From: Bigelowiella natans CCMP2755
Lineage: Eukaryota > Protista > Cercozoa
Reading direction: 5' to 3'
Assembly (NCBI GenBank): GCA_000320545.1
Contig: ADNK01002424.1
Location: 46,158-110,157 of the forward strand
Length of the DNA: 64,000 bases
A program made the position numbers and the translations under genes. Each line of letters starts with the position of its first letter. Position 1 is the stretch's first letter. Of the stretch, positions 40,712 to 55,120 are shown piece by piece. The notes below the pieces were generated by a model, which saw only the letters and a program-made list of their open reading frames with translations, had not been told where the DNA came from and made no database searches.

Positions 40712-41920
40712 TTACATCATCATTATCTCGGCAATCCGGTTCAGCTTAGTAGCATCTTCAACCTTGAGTTGAAAGTTGGAATCCCATTTTTTTATTTTTT
40801 CGTTGTTCTTTGGTAAGAATGAAGGGTGTGATGATTGGGTCGGAAGTAGTACATTAGCTTCTGCTCAAGGAATCACACAAAATAGATGATAGCACAGAAG
40901 AAATATAGGGTTAGGTATCAACGAGTGATAATGAAATGTAAGTGGGGTATCAGTTAAGATACTACCAGCGTTTGCCTCTCTTCGTCGTATTGTCCTAGCC
41001 ATTGCAGGTCTAATGAGAAATGAACGAGTAGCAGCACTCTCTGCATTCTCTTCTGCAGCAGCTATTTTTAAGGGCAACTTGCTCCTCCTCACATTGCTGC
41101 TGCTGCTGCTGCTGCTGTTTTGAGCAGCAGCAGCAGTTTGCATCATCATCATATTAAGTTTGTTGCCAGTTGTAAAATATGCTGCTGCTGCTGCTGCTGG
41201 GGCATCTGCTGCTATTTGTGGTTGTAGACAGACAGAAAAAAAGAAGAAACCTTTATGTAAGTTTGTAATACAAAACTCTACATTATAATAGCTCAAGGTC
41301 TAACTAGGAATGACGCTAATAACTATTAAATCTAAATCCACCTCATATTGCAACAAGTGCAAAAACTAGAACTAGTATCTTATAAATGAAGAGTGGATTA
41401 TTCAAGGGGTCCATTATGAAAGCATCATTGAGGTGGTATTATGATATATCGATGATACCGCGACTTTACTATCGTCTACTACTACTACTACTACTACTAC
41501 TACCTTCTGTGCTACTTTGGTGCTGTGTGAGTACTTTCCTCCCCTTTCTTCTTCCCATCCTCCTCCTCCCTCCGTAGTATCGATTAGGTCGTGTAGGAGT
41601 TAGAATTTCAACATTAATGCCTCCTCCTCCTCCTCTTCCTCTTTCTCCTACTCCTCCTCCTGCTGCTTGTGCCGCAGTTGTAGACGGTTGTAAATGTACC
41701 TTGACATCCCCGTTTACATGAGGAGGGAAGATGGTGACTACATTGTCCACCGTCACAGAAGAAGAAGAGGAGGGAAGTGCGTCACCAGCAGGTGAGGAAA
41801 GAAGAACTTGGTACTTGTTGTCGTATTTCTCATCAGCGTTAGAATCATCATCATTAATGGCATCTTTATTAGAGCTATTGTAGTTGTCAATGTTTCTATC
41901 TTCTTGCTCCTCTTCTTCTC

Positions 41921-41958
<38 letters not shown>

Positions 41959-43229
41959 CCTCCACTTTTGCTAATACTGCTGCTGCTTTCATGTTGCCGA
42001 GTAGTCCCCATAGCAGCCTTAGTAGTAGGTCCATTACTCTCACCAGCTACTAGTGCTTTCATTTCTATGTCGTCTACTTCTACTTTTCCTTCTTCTTCTC
42101 CTGCTGCTGCTGCTGCTACTACTACAACTGTGTTGCGAAATGAGTGGTTGGCAGCTTCTACCGGTGAGCGGGTTGATGATAATGATGATGATGATGATGT
42201 CGTGGTTTCAATGTTTTGATGTCGCTGCTGGTCTTCTTCTTCTTCATGACTGTTATTTCTCTCTTTCCCCTCCTCCTCCTCCTCCTCCTCCTCCTCCTCC
42301 TCCCCCTCCTTCTGCTTCCTCTCTTTCTTTCCATTACTTCTCTCATCATTATAATTTTGCTCATCCTTTCTCAGTAACCGATGATGCTCCTTCTTTTTTG
42401 CCCAGCTTGGTGCTGGTGCTATTTTTCTTATGTCTTTCTTCTTCTTCTTCTTCTTCTTCTTCTCTTGTGAATAGAAAGAAGGAGGTGCAGGAGTAAATGT
42501 AATTGTTGCCCGTGTTGCTTTATTTACTGTGTCGTCGCCATTTTTGAAAGGACTGATGCTTGCTTTTGATGAGCCAGCAGAACGACCCGCAGCAGCAGCA
42601 GCAGCATGGTGGTGATGGTGGTGGTGGTGATGGTGATGGTGAAGAAAATCAGTAGAGAACGAGGACGACGATGATGATAAAGATGATGCCGTCATCGTTG
42701 CTGGTGCTGCTGCTGCTACTGGTGTTCTTCTCCCTCTTCTTACCTCTTCTTCTGATTTCCGTGCTGCTGTTCTTGTTATTTTTCCACGATATCGTCGATG
42801 ACTACCCCGAAGACCACGTTGGTCAACTTCTGGCCATAAAGCGGCACCTTCTCCTTTTTCTTCTTCTTCTTCTTCATCTAATGATGGTGCCGACGATGAT
42901 AATGGAAAGTTTGTTCTGATCGTGCTCTTCCTGCTTGTTCTAAACATCGTCTTCATTTTCTGCTGCTGCTGCTGCTGCTGTTGGACACCACTACTAGTTA
43001 ACGGCCAGTGCTTATTGCCTTTGTAGTCTTGATAGCCGTGGTAGTGATCAAACAATCCTGCGATTCATTGATGGATGGAGGGATTATATAAGTACGAGGA
43101 ATAGATTCATACTACTATTGATACTCAGTAGGATACCATCAAACGTTTGCTACGAGAGACTACTCTATTTATTAATTACTACATTGATCCTCACTACTAC
43201 TTATATTTATTGATTTCTACATTGATTCT

Positions 43230-43267
<38 letters not shown>

Positions 43268-44246
43268 ATCCTCCACTTCCACTTTACTAAACTAAACTAT
43301 CACTACTTCTACTTATCCTCCACTTCCACTTTACTAAACTAAACTATCCATTTTTTGTTATGATGATATTTCAACTTCTTTCTCCCATCCCTTTATTATT
43401 ACCACTACTACCACCTTGTCTTTGTTGTTGCTGTCTTTGCCGTAGCTGATCTATTCCATGTTGCAATGTATTCTTCTTCATTTTTCCCCTCTTCTCCTTG
43501 TTCTTATGTCCTTCTTCCTCCTTGACATCGTCGTAATAATCATGTTTATTTCTATTGCTGCTACGATAGGAGTAATATCTATCTCGTTTTTTGCTATGAT
43601 CAACTATGTCCTTTCCCCCTTCTGCATTATCATCTCTTTCTTCTTCAACATCGTAAGTGTCTTTCTCAACATCACGATTTTCTTTTGCTTTCCGGTCGGT
43701 GGTATCACTCTCAACGTCTTCATCATTCTTCTTCTCTTCCTTTTCCAGCTGCTGTCCCCGGTTCTTCTTTGCTGTTGATAATGATGATGATGGTAGTGCT
43801 ATTGCCGACCCATTGCTTCCATTTCCATCACCTCTATCATTAACACCAGTATCGCTGTCTTCTTCATCATGCTCGCTCTTTCTTCTGCTCTCCTTGTTAC
43901 CTTCCTTCTTCTCCTCCCCCCTCTCGTCGTTATTTTTGTTTTTAAAGAACATCCCCCCCCCTCGTTGGTCTCCCCCTTGAGACCACTGTATCTTCATTAC
44001 TTCGAGCTTCTGGAGCGAGTCTGCCAAACGCTGCTTCAGTTCCTCGTATGTGTCTTCTTCACCATTAAGTTGATCTGGTTGGAGCAGTAAGTAATAGAAG
44101 ATGCCATTATTCATGATTGTGAGAGAGAAAACATATAAGAAGAATTGAATGAGGGTGTAATAGAAGAAGAAATAAAAAACAAAAAAGGAGCATAATCTTG
44201 TTATTTCCTTTGAAGACTGGAAAAGGGATAATGATATGTAATGATA

Positions 44247-44293
<47 letters not shown>

Positions 44294-45455
44294 TATATAC
44301 ATAGATATTTATATTTTATATTTCTGGAGAGAGGAAATTACCAACAAGATTTTCCTACTAACCATCAGTATCTTTTATTAAAAACTAAACACTTGTACTT
44401 CTACTACATTCACCATAATGATTCTTATGTTGTTTACTATTAGTTACCATACCTGTTGCACCAACTACTAGCTCAAAACTACTCTTTGCTTGATCAATTT
44501 CTTCATCTTTCTCAATGCTGCTGCCGTAGTTTCCATCTGCAGCACTCTCATGCTTGCTTTTGCTATCATCACCCAATACTAGTTTTCTTTTAGAGGGAGG
44601 TGGGGGATACTTCGATTCCATGGGGAGATGTGTGAAGTGGCCGTTGCTGCTGTCACCAGGCTGACTGAAAGTAGTGCTTGAAATGTGCCCATTCCTACTT
44701 CCGTTATTAAGAGAAAATAGACCAAACCAACAACAAAACGGAGAGTATTATTCGAAGGGGATGTATATAGGGGAGAAGGCTTTCAAAAAGTTCATTGTAT
44801 AAATGTAAAAATTCTTCTCATTCTCTTCTTCATTAAAGACCATCACTCCTACTTCCACCACTACCCTGCAACTACTGTGACTTTGGCTACTTCTACTGCT
44901 GCAGTTTCGAAATATTCAATTGAAAATGTGTTTACTTACTCTTCTGATATCGTCACGGCTGCTGCTGTTGCTGCTGTATTCGGTAGAATCGAAACATGCA
45001 ATTGTCCAACTAAATTGTTGTCCAAATCTTTGATATGGTACCTATGATATAGATGGTAGTGATGTTGATGGAGATGAAATCATTCTTTCTATTTTGTATT
45101 CCGCACTACTATTTTTTGAGAAACAGTTTGTTTGCGAAGGAGGTAAAACAGACTGATAACCACAATAGCTGGTGCTGCTGCAAGTCTTGGTATTGTTCTC
45201 TCTACTCATTTCTCTCCTCTCTTCTTCTCACGAATCATAGTCACCATCCATCAATGAAGTCAAATCCTCGCATTAGAGGCTCCAGCTCTACATTTGCCCT
45301 CCCCACAAGATGATGATGATGATAAGAAGATGATGAGGATGATGAGGATGATGGTGATGCCGATAACGATGAAACAAACCTGGGATAGGGATATATTAGA
45401 AAATGAAGAGTTGTAAAACATATAAATTTATACTAGAATAAATAAGAACGGGAAT

Positions 45456-45489
<34 letters not shown>

Positions 45490-46564
45490 GAGAGGACTCC
45501 AGGATAACATACGCTCTCTATCATTATTGCTCTTCATCATCATCACACAACCACCATACATAATACAATACACACATGCTGCATTCAGTATCCTGAAAAT
45601 AAACATACGCAATACAATACATTTTCTCATCGCCAATGCAGTTCTTGCCCTCTTCCTCACCATCGAAATGATGATAATGAACCTAAGATGATGATGATGA
45701 TAATGATATTGATGATAAATGATGATAATAATGATGATGATCCAAGGGATACAGTAGTAGTAGTAGGTCGTAATAGTACCTCTATCGCTAAGCGCAAAGC
45801 AGCAAAGTGCTTAGGTTCAAATACTTGAATTGAGTAATCATCTCTAGGAGCTGTAAGATATAATCGTCTTGAATAATTCCATGTCGGATTTCGCGTATTG
45901 TATACTGTATGAGTTTGGTAAATTTTGTTGGTGGTACTTGTGGTAGTAGTTGTGGATTGTTGTTGTTGTTGCTGCTGCTGCTGTCCAAATGGTTGTGCCA
46001 TTGTTGTTGTAGGAGGAGGAGGACGATGATGATGATGATGATTGTGCCAATGAGCATCTCCCTTCTCATCCTCCTCCTCGTCTTCCTCCTCCCTCTCGTT
46101 ATTTCCACTATTTTCCTTTCTGTCGGTCCGTGATTGTAGAGTGAAGAATACAGAAGCGTTGGGTAAGCCACTGGAAGAAAGAGAAGATGAAGAAGGAGAA
46201 GAAGAAGAAGAGCTATCTTTCCTGTTGTGAATATCAATTGTTTTCCTTCGAGCTGAAGTTAGATACTTCGCTGCTTTAATCTGTTACAAGGATAAATAGA
46301 TCAAAGGTAAGGATGGTAGTGGCCGTTATCTTAATAATTTTACAATAATTTACTGAAGAATGTTGTTGTACTGCAACTACTACTACTACTACTACTACCA
46401 CTACCACTACCGCTAACCTACACTTGAATCCAAACAGCTACTACTACTACTGCTACCATTGCTAATCTGCACTTTAATCCAAACAGCTACTACTACTACT
46501 ACTATGACTAACCTGCACTTGAATCCAAAGAGGTCGTCGCCCTTTAGGGTCTTCTTTTGCATTG

Positions 46565-46595
<31 letters not shown>

Positions 46596-47741
46596 GCGGA
46601 AGAGGAGAAGAAGGAAGAACTGTCTGCTGTAAGACAAATGGGTATTCTTTTTGACCGTAATTGTTGCTCTTATTGCCGTTTCTCATCATCGACGATGAAG
46701 ATGAAAATGGAGCTGATTGATTGTAAGAAGCCATATTTTCATTATTTTGGATCAGGCCATCATTTTCTTCTTCTTCTTCTTCTTCATTGGCAACTACCAC
46801 ACTAACACTCCGTTTGGTATCATCACCGCCACCACTGTTATTGGTATTGATATTTGCTTTATCAGCATCCTTATTGGCAGCACCTTTATCGGTATTCATA
46901 CTTGCTTTATCACCATCCTCCTTACTAGAAACCGCCGCATTCTGTTTATCTTCACTTCTGGCTTTATTTGCATTTGCAGTAGAGGGAGATGGAGAAATGG
47001 AAGAAAGAAGCAATCCGTCACCTAAATGGATAATAATACCCGCCGAGTTAATTGTAATTGAGTGTATTTATCGACGATTCAGTGGTATAGTTATTGTTTA
47101 TTGATTTGCAATTGAGAAAAAGAGATCACGAGCAGATATTAGTGCCGCAAACAGAAATTTGATGATATTGTATTTTTTCAAAAAAGTGAGAGAGTGTGTG
47201 TGTTATGGCTGGTCGCTATGATTTGATCGTTGAAAGTGGTGTGTTATCGCTGACTTGTCGCTATAATTTGATCTGGTGGTGGAAAAGGTGGTGTTTAAGG
47301 CGGTATAGGCTGTACGATCAAGATAATACACGACACTGTTACTCAACTGTAATATATCATGTATTTATAAGTGTAAGCCGTTTTACCCTTGCCGTCACTC
47401 TTCTGCCTTGTTTTTCCTTCTTCTGTTTCATTTTCCTCTCTTCCTCCCGAGGGGGAGGAGACTGTTGTCTCTTTTGGAGCTGCTATAGAAGGATTAGGGT
47501 TCTTGCATCCTTCAAATAGCCATTTACCCTTTTTGGATGCCTCATTCTCAGCATTTATTATGTTATTGGTTTCGTTCCTTCTTCTTGTCTTTGAATCATC
47601 ATCATCACCATCATGATTTTCACCACGACATAGATATATTCTAACAATTTCTAAACCGGCTGGTATTCCTGAGTCTTTGGATCGCACTGGAAGTCCGCTT
47701 GAAATACTTGTGACATGATAAGCTGCCCTCCGTTTATTGTT

Positions 47742-47774
<33 letters not shown>

Positions 47775-48771
47775 ACTGCTACTACTCTTATGAAATGAGT
47801 CTGTAGTAGTCATGGCTGCTGCTATAGTTTTTCCTCCGTTTAATGATATTTTTGCATTAGAGTTTCTACTACTACCACTAATAGTATATTTTTCCTCTAG
47901 GGGTGATGACGACAACTTGTTCAATTTTGGGGAGGATAGTGTTAATAACATGGCAAATGCTTCTGAAAGCTCCGACTGAAAGAGGGTCGTTCTTCCGAGG
48001 ACTGTGGCGGTTTTTGATAAACGCCTAATTATGTTACACAAAAACAATGTGGTCTCTCATATTCACGTACACATAAATGTTCTCTCTATATAGGTTTCTG
48101 TTAGAAAATTTCTGTGCTGCTACTGCAGCTACTACTACTACTGCTGCTGCTGCTGCTACTGCTTCGATCAGCCCTCCCTCTCACTCGCTCACTCACTCAC
48201 TTATTCTCATCATTATCAATATCATTATCATTTATTCTCCCATCATCATGATATAGTAATAAAAACCTTGGAAGGTGACGCATGATGTCCCACTTGTTGT
48301 GATTGTTGTTCCGGGTAGTAGCAGTAGTATTAGTAGTAGTAGTAGTGGTAGTAATATCATCCTCTTCTAGAACTGTTGTTGGGGAATAATAAACGGTGAA
48401 CAAAAGAGGCTCTTCTTTGCATTCAGAAAGCCTCGATGTTGGAATGCGCGCTGTGGCAAAATCCACAGCATGAATGGTGTCACTGACTCTTCCGTCCTCC
48501 TCACTCTGCTTATTTCCTCCCTTACAATTCTTTTTCTCGTCGGCCTTTTGTTTTTGCAGGATTTGCGCCAAGATTCTCTCTCCTTGAGATATATCCATCC
48601 AAAAGAGAAGATGATGATGACGCTTGTTCCCTGTTTGACGCTGTCTTACTTGTAGTGGAACGTTCAAACACCGCAAATCGATGTGCAACACTTCGTCTGA
48701 AAGGAGGTAATCATGTATCATTAAAATGTATTTTCTTTCACACACGCACGCACGCACGCACACACGCACGT

Positions 48772-48814
<43 letters not shown>

Positions 48815-49307
48815 AAATGAAGGCACATACATTCTATAAATTTGATATTTGGTTGATATATCATATATTATTTTTTCGTTTCTATCTACCATTGGGATGT
48901 ATCATTATCGGATGTGCATCGGCGAGAATAGGTTGTGGGCCAGTAGTAGTTTTGTTCGGAAACTGCTGCTGCTGCTGCTGCTGCTGGTGGTGGTGGTGGT
49001 GATGGAGGGGGGGGAGTTGTTGAGTGGTTTTCCCTTCAGGATGGTTGTTAGCATCGTACTGATCCAGTTGTTTTGATCTTGCTCCTTTTCTTAGTCTATT
49101 CCTGCAGGAGTATGAAACGATGATGATGATGATGATGATAAAAATGATGTGTGTTCTGAATTCTTCCAATCCAACTGATTAGAAGCCACTTATTATAATC
49201 TTCTTTTTTATCTCTTCTATCTACTGAAAATACGATATAATAAACTCTCTTCAGTTGTAGTTTTCATGCATTGACTGTTGGAACATATGGCTGTTACAGT
49301 AGTATTT

Positions 49308-49343
<36 letters not shown>

Positions 49344-50308
49344 TTGCATTAGTATTTGTCTAGAATCAATGTTATGAAGCGATTGCATAATAACAACTCT
49401 CGCTCTCTCTCCCTCTCGGTCCTTCTCCTATCTTTTCCAGGTTTGTGTAGCTGCTCTTGTTGTGCACTACTATGCCAAAATACTAACTTCTCTCTGATAC
49501 GTACCACCAATTTTGGATCTTGAATACAGTCTTTTCGAAGCGAACTAAGCTTGATATCTGATGATAATAATTGAGCGACAAAAGTTGACACAACATCCAG
49601 AAAGGACCAACGGAAAAGATTGAAGCCCAAATGGTTCAAAAGGAAATTCCTTCTCTTTCCTTCTTAATGAGTACGTGGTAAAATTAGCACATCATCTTTA
49701 GAAGTAGAGCAGTATCAACGAACAGCAGCACCGGTAGCAGCTAGTGTTTCAGCCGCTGGTGCCTTCTTTTCCTCTACTACTACTGCCGTCTCCTCCCTTT
49801 TCATGTATTACTATGTAGTTTTCTAGCTACAACCTGTTCATGGGAACCCAGGCCAGCACTTACCCAAAGTTTGCCTCTATTCTCTCCACTTTTCGTGGTA
49901 GTGATAAGATAAGTAATAGTTAGTGTAAGCGTAATTGCTACAAATACTCATTCATCCAGCAACACAACTAATTTCATATATATAACTGGACTTTGTCTGT
50001 GATTTGATATTCTTACGTTTCAACAACATTTCGTGTCCGCACACACCTTAAAGGATCAATAATATTAACTTCTCCGTCGAAGAATAGAATATTTGCGGTG
50101 TTGTTGTGTATATGAAGTGGTAGCGAGCTGCTCCAATTTCTGGATTTTGATAGGAAATTTCCTATATCACGCCGTATGGGCACTTTCGCGATTCCTAGTA
50201 GAGAATCTTTCCTCTTGTCAATCAAATACCTGTAGGAATGTAGTACAAGCGATAGAACATCGTTATTATTTGACCATTTGCTTGCTACCCTTCATCTCCA
50301 TGATTATA

Positions 50309-50341
<33 letters not shown>

Positions 50342-50385
50342 ATTGAGATTAAGCATCATTCAATATATATATATATACATATATA

Positions 50386-50432
<47 letters not shown>

Positions 50433-53400
50433 GTGTGTGTGTGTGTGTGTGTGTGTGATAGTACCGTGAAGCCCTTCTGACTTCCACGATAATCACTTTT
50501 GTCGCCAATTCATCCACTAAGGCACGAGAACACACTCGGGGTGCCCTATCCGGAAAAAGAAGAAGGATCAAATTGATAAGATGATGATGGTGAAAATGGT
50601 GATACTGATTATGTCAGTAATAAGGTTAGAATGCTTTATTTTTTAGATTGACAATGCAACAATAGAATCACCATGCTTTTTGGTTATATTTATCTATTTG
50701 TCATCTCCCTATTCTTTTCCTTCCTCTTTCTTACCAATCGAAGTGAGCGAAAACAGGAAATCTGCTCTTCCTGGAAATTCTATCGAAATATTATAAAAGA
50801 TTAGCCTCCACCACTGACGATAAGTGAAAATCAAAGCATGTTTCGGAACTTCACATTGTCGTCTAATATTACTTGTATTTTTGTTTTAGTTTTGCAATCT
50901 AGGTAGATGTAAACGGCATCGTCAATTGTACAGGATCGTCGTCGTATTTTTTTATGTCCACAACTGCCTACATCTCTCTATTATCTACTATTATTACTAC
51001 TACTACTGCTACTACTACCTAGAATAGGCCCTAGGAACATCGATAAACAACTGGGATGTAACGTATGATTGTATGCCTGAGGAGGAGGAGGAGGGGGACT
51101 TCTGCGGGAACATTGCTTTTCGCACTCCTATTGTTATCAGTATCATCCAGAGCACAATAGATACAATTTAGCGATTATTTGTACAGAACTGGACAATTAT
51201 ATTAGCATACTTGAAGGAGGAGGAGAGCGTACATTCATTTCATTAAGTACTAGTGTTTCTCGCATTCCATAATACATTGGTACATAATATGTATATATGC
51301 TACAAATTTTGATTCCAATTTACTACCGAGATAGAGAGTGAGAAAGTCTTTTGTCGTTGTTATTTTTGCCATCGTCGGCATCATAGTCGGAGAATAAGAC
51401 TGCGTTCTATGCGATGAGAATGACGATGGTAGAGGAGTTGTCGGCATTGCTGAATCTGTCGGTAAAGTATCAGAACCGCCAACGAGATAATTATTAAGAT
51501 TAATAATGCTAATATTAAAAGTGGTAATGGTTGATTGATTATTCGTAACGACTTGCAAGTAGGAACGACACTAAGATACGAGCACAAATTACCTGTAGAT
51601 CTATTATGCTTTCTGTCGGTCGTGCGCCTTTTTCCATCATCTTCATCTTTAGCCTCAGCTTTCCTCTCGTCATCATGGAAATTTTGCTCTGGGAGAAGTG
51701 TTGGAGCAAATAGACTTTCTAAAATACCTTTTCCTTCATCATTGGAGGTAAGAACCTGCACGTGGGAATAGATGAGTTGGGAAATAACGTGCTTTTAGTA
51801 TTTCCCACGTGTTCATTACTCATCATACAGTCGATGAAATTTTCACCCATATAAAACGGCCACATAAATGGCTGGAAGCCTTGGATGTACACCGTGAGAC
51901 ACAAATCAAGACGAGCAACTTGCGGCTATATTTCATTACTTCTTGCAATCTTTCAAGTCCCGAGAATCCGCCGATGGCACTGACTCGACCGTGGCCTTCT
52001 GCCGCCACCTCAGAGTCCACAAACCCCATCATTGTTGTCGCGCCACCTCCTCCCAATTCAATTTCAGCTTTGAGTACATTAAAATAGAGAAAATGAATTA
52101 TTTGTTATTGTGAATATGTTGATTTGCTAACAAGAACTCTGTTCTTTCTTGATAGCAATAACATTAACTTTCAGTCATATGAGGAAAACATATGGTAATT
52201 AATGTATCGTTTTAATTTTCATTTATTATTTTTGTATCAATATTTCGTAAGATCTTTGTGAAACTTACTGTCCATTTGCCTAGCAAGTTTCTCCCCACGT
52301 TCTAAAAGCTCCGATATGTTCAAAGCCTGAGAAGAGGATGCATTGTCGTAGCTTCCATAGTTTTCGTAGTCTTTGTCTTCGTCCGGATCTTCACCCATCA
52401 TTTTTCCTTCCATATCACCTCTCCCATTATTTTTTCGACGAATCACATTTTTCCCCTTGAGCGATAAAGTTGATGCTGAAGATGGGTCTTTAGAAAAATC
52501 GCCGTGCTGCATTATCAATGAGGCGGCATTCGATGACATCCCTTTTGATATGTTATCTGCGCATAATAGATGGCAAACGATTTGAGTTCTAAATTTTACA
52601 ATGATCGCTGACATTTTGTACCCTTGGAGCCTCTTCTGCTGCTACTACTACTTTTCCTCCCATCTAAAATACCGATATATAAAAAGTGAAGGCTGGTATC
52701 AAAACAGGTAAACACGTGGATGTTTTTTGGGTTTCTATATCTTTACTACTATGATGTGTTGATACGTGACATCGACTACTAGCCTTGAGTCATGCTACTA
52801 CTACTGCTAATACTACTTCTGACCGTGATCAAACTCAAGATAAATTTGCATCGTGGCAGAATGATGGCCTCCAGAGATTACTTTTGCTTCAGAAGTTAAG
52901 TTTGTACTACCAAGATAAGTAAACATTGTCGATCCATATTCATTCTCTTGTTAGTCTCGACATAAGTAAACATTGTCGATCCATATTCATTCTCTTGTTA
53001 GTCTCGACTATCCTAATTTTCTTCATTTCTCATCAACAAGTTCTCGAATTAATTCCACAAAAACAACAGAATACATGCTTATAGACACACCTTCCTTCAA
53101 CAAGAGGGGCTAATGTTAGTGTTGCGACTCCAAACGGGATACCATCATTAACCACTTTGAGCTCCAAAGCCCTCATATCTCGAAGATATTGCCGAAAAGT
53201 CTTCTCGGAGGATCGAACCGGGAAGATCACCTAATAAGTTCAAGCTCAGATTCACCCGAATAATGCATATGCAAACACCCAGGCTAATTAAATACTAAAT
53301 TTACGTGTGTGATGTGTGTAGGGAAATGGGGGGGTGGGTGTGGGTGTTGCTTTCTGTTGCGATTATATGTGAGCATCTTTGGTAGTAGGTAGAGGTGAGA

Positions 53401-53802
53401 GAGTGCAACTACCATTGACTGAGATGATTTCGGATTCCATTTCTTATCCAGTTTGTTATTTACTTGTGAAGATAGGAGCGTGGCCTTAAACAGGTATGTG
53501 GAAACAAAGGTAGGTTCTTGAGAGTCATCTTACACATCACTGTTGAAAACATATATGCACCTGATCCTTATCTTGTCCCCAGAAAAGTAACTCCACATCA
53601 AATTTCCCTCTGAACATGTAAATTCTCTTAATTGTGTGATGCTCGAGATTGAATTCCTCTCTCTTCCTTTCTTCAATGTGTACCTTGAGAACTCAGATTT
53701 GAACCCTTTCTCAGGTCTTAGGCACCCAATACATACTAAAAGGCTGCCCCTCTCTGCATTGCGGACTTTTGGCGGAAGACTCAAGTTGGACCTGCTCTGC
53801 AT
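40712..53802 (-). CDS. C2CD3: C2CD3-like centriolar/basal-body multi-C2-domain protein with large low-complexity insertions; multi-exon
   Basis: N-terminal exons SLPPKVRNAERGSLL | ...FDVELLFWGQD | VIFPVRSSEKTFRQYLRDMRALELKVVNDGIPFGVATL match the C2CD3 N-terminal C2 pattern (SLPPxV...VxxxWWGE...YxIRxxxKxFxxYLxDM). Later C2-like exons include IYQTHTVYNTRNPTWNY and DSLLGIAKVPI. The C-terminus VEDATKLNRIAEIMMM* resembles the C2CD3 terminal RIAxI motif. The start may extend to 53927. Confidence 0.8.
52915..53008. repeat. Exact 47-bp tandem duplication (intron of C2CD3-like gene)
   Basis: 52915-52961 is identical to 52962-53008. Confidence 0.95.
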
Positions 53803-55120
53803 GCTTTTCTCTTCTTTCCTGGCACTCTCTAGTAGTTCGAGAGTGCAGGGGGGAGCTTGAGGAAGATGAGCTAAAGTAGAATGCTGCTGAAGCTACGATA
53901 AGTAGAAAGAATTAGCTTAATATCCATGTCGTAGAAATTTGTTCTCCAACATTTTCTGTTTTTCTTCTCTCAAAGCAGGCCGAAATTAGAGCAAAGATGG
54001 CGCCAACTGCTTTCGCCGGTTTGTTAATCCTTATAGTTTTAATTTCACGCTCGACTCCTGACACATCATTTGGAACTCTGGAATCTCATTAGACTATGAT
54101 TTTGTGTTGACGTTTCGAGAAAATTGATGGGCATTGTTTAGCTCTTAGTAATTTTGTGTAGCATGGTGTCACCTATAGTCGCAGCTCGTGGACACCCTGT
54201 CACATAGAACATCGACAACTTCGTCCATTACGTAGACAGGATACGGGGTCTTCTTGCGACCCCTAGTATCTCAGTTTCAAAACACCGATCGTTTCCACAA
54301 AAAAATACCCAAAATTATGAGCCGCAAAGTTATTATCAATTTTGCGGGAAACTTAGAACAAGTACCAACTGCACTCCCAACTGTAACTGTATTATTTTCC
54401 GAGATGACAAATGCAGTTCATTCTCTAATGAGATAGTAACTTTGAATAGACACATAATAAAAATTCAATTGGACTGTGTAAAAGGACTTTTTTCGCATAA
54501 ATGCTCAATTTTGCCTCCGGAAGGTTATTAATTTACTATATTTTTAATTAAATAGATCAGAAAATGATATTCTAAAGACTGACATGCATGATTAAAATGT
54601 ACGGCGAAGATAGATTATCAATCGTCTCGAAACTGCAGTTGTAGTTACCCTCAATCATCAATCAAGCAGATAAGCTAGTCAGCGCATCGTCAGGACAGAC
54701 ATCTCCCATCTTTCATTCTGTACAACTTCTATCGACGCAAGGGGAGACGTCTCAACCCCTGAACACCCAAATAGGACACCCCTGTACAGATCAGAGATTA
54801 ACTCGAAGTGGACGGGGAATATTGGGCATGCCGTCTTGCTCTAAAAGCGTTGATCTTTTGAAACTGGGTCAGTAAACTTCAAGATGCACGCTTGGTATGA
54901 ACATTTATCGGTTATGAATTGATTTTAAAGACAAATCTAACGGCTCGGGACCTTGCTGCCTTTCACAGAATTTCTGACAAAGGCTTCACTGTAGAAAGGG
55001 ATGATGAGACAGTCTGCTTTTGAGGTATCAGCATTTTCCATTTCAACTTACTTCGCAATGTTCTAACACGTTCTTTACAAAATAAAGCCGTGGAGCTCCG
55101 AATACCACCGAGGCAGCAAA

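Larger units (their letters stand above)
19740..51100. repeat. Microsatellite-dense domain: (TA)n, (CA)n, (GA)n, (TAG/CTA)n, (GAT/CAT)n, (GAA)n, (GGA)n, (CAG)n in introns and exons
   Basis: Dozens of perfect di- and trinucleotide arrays, e.g. 20396-20430, 22670-22767, 31393-31495, 33405-33490, 35330-35523, 50310-50457. A similar density occurs at 58840-61660. Confidence 0.97.
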
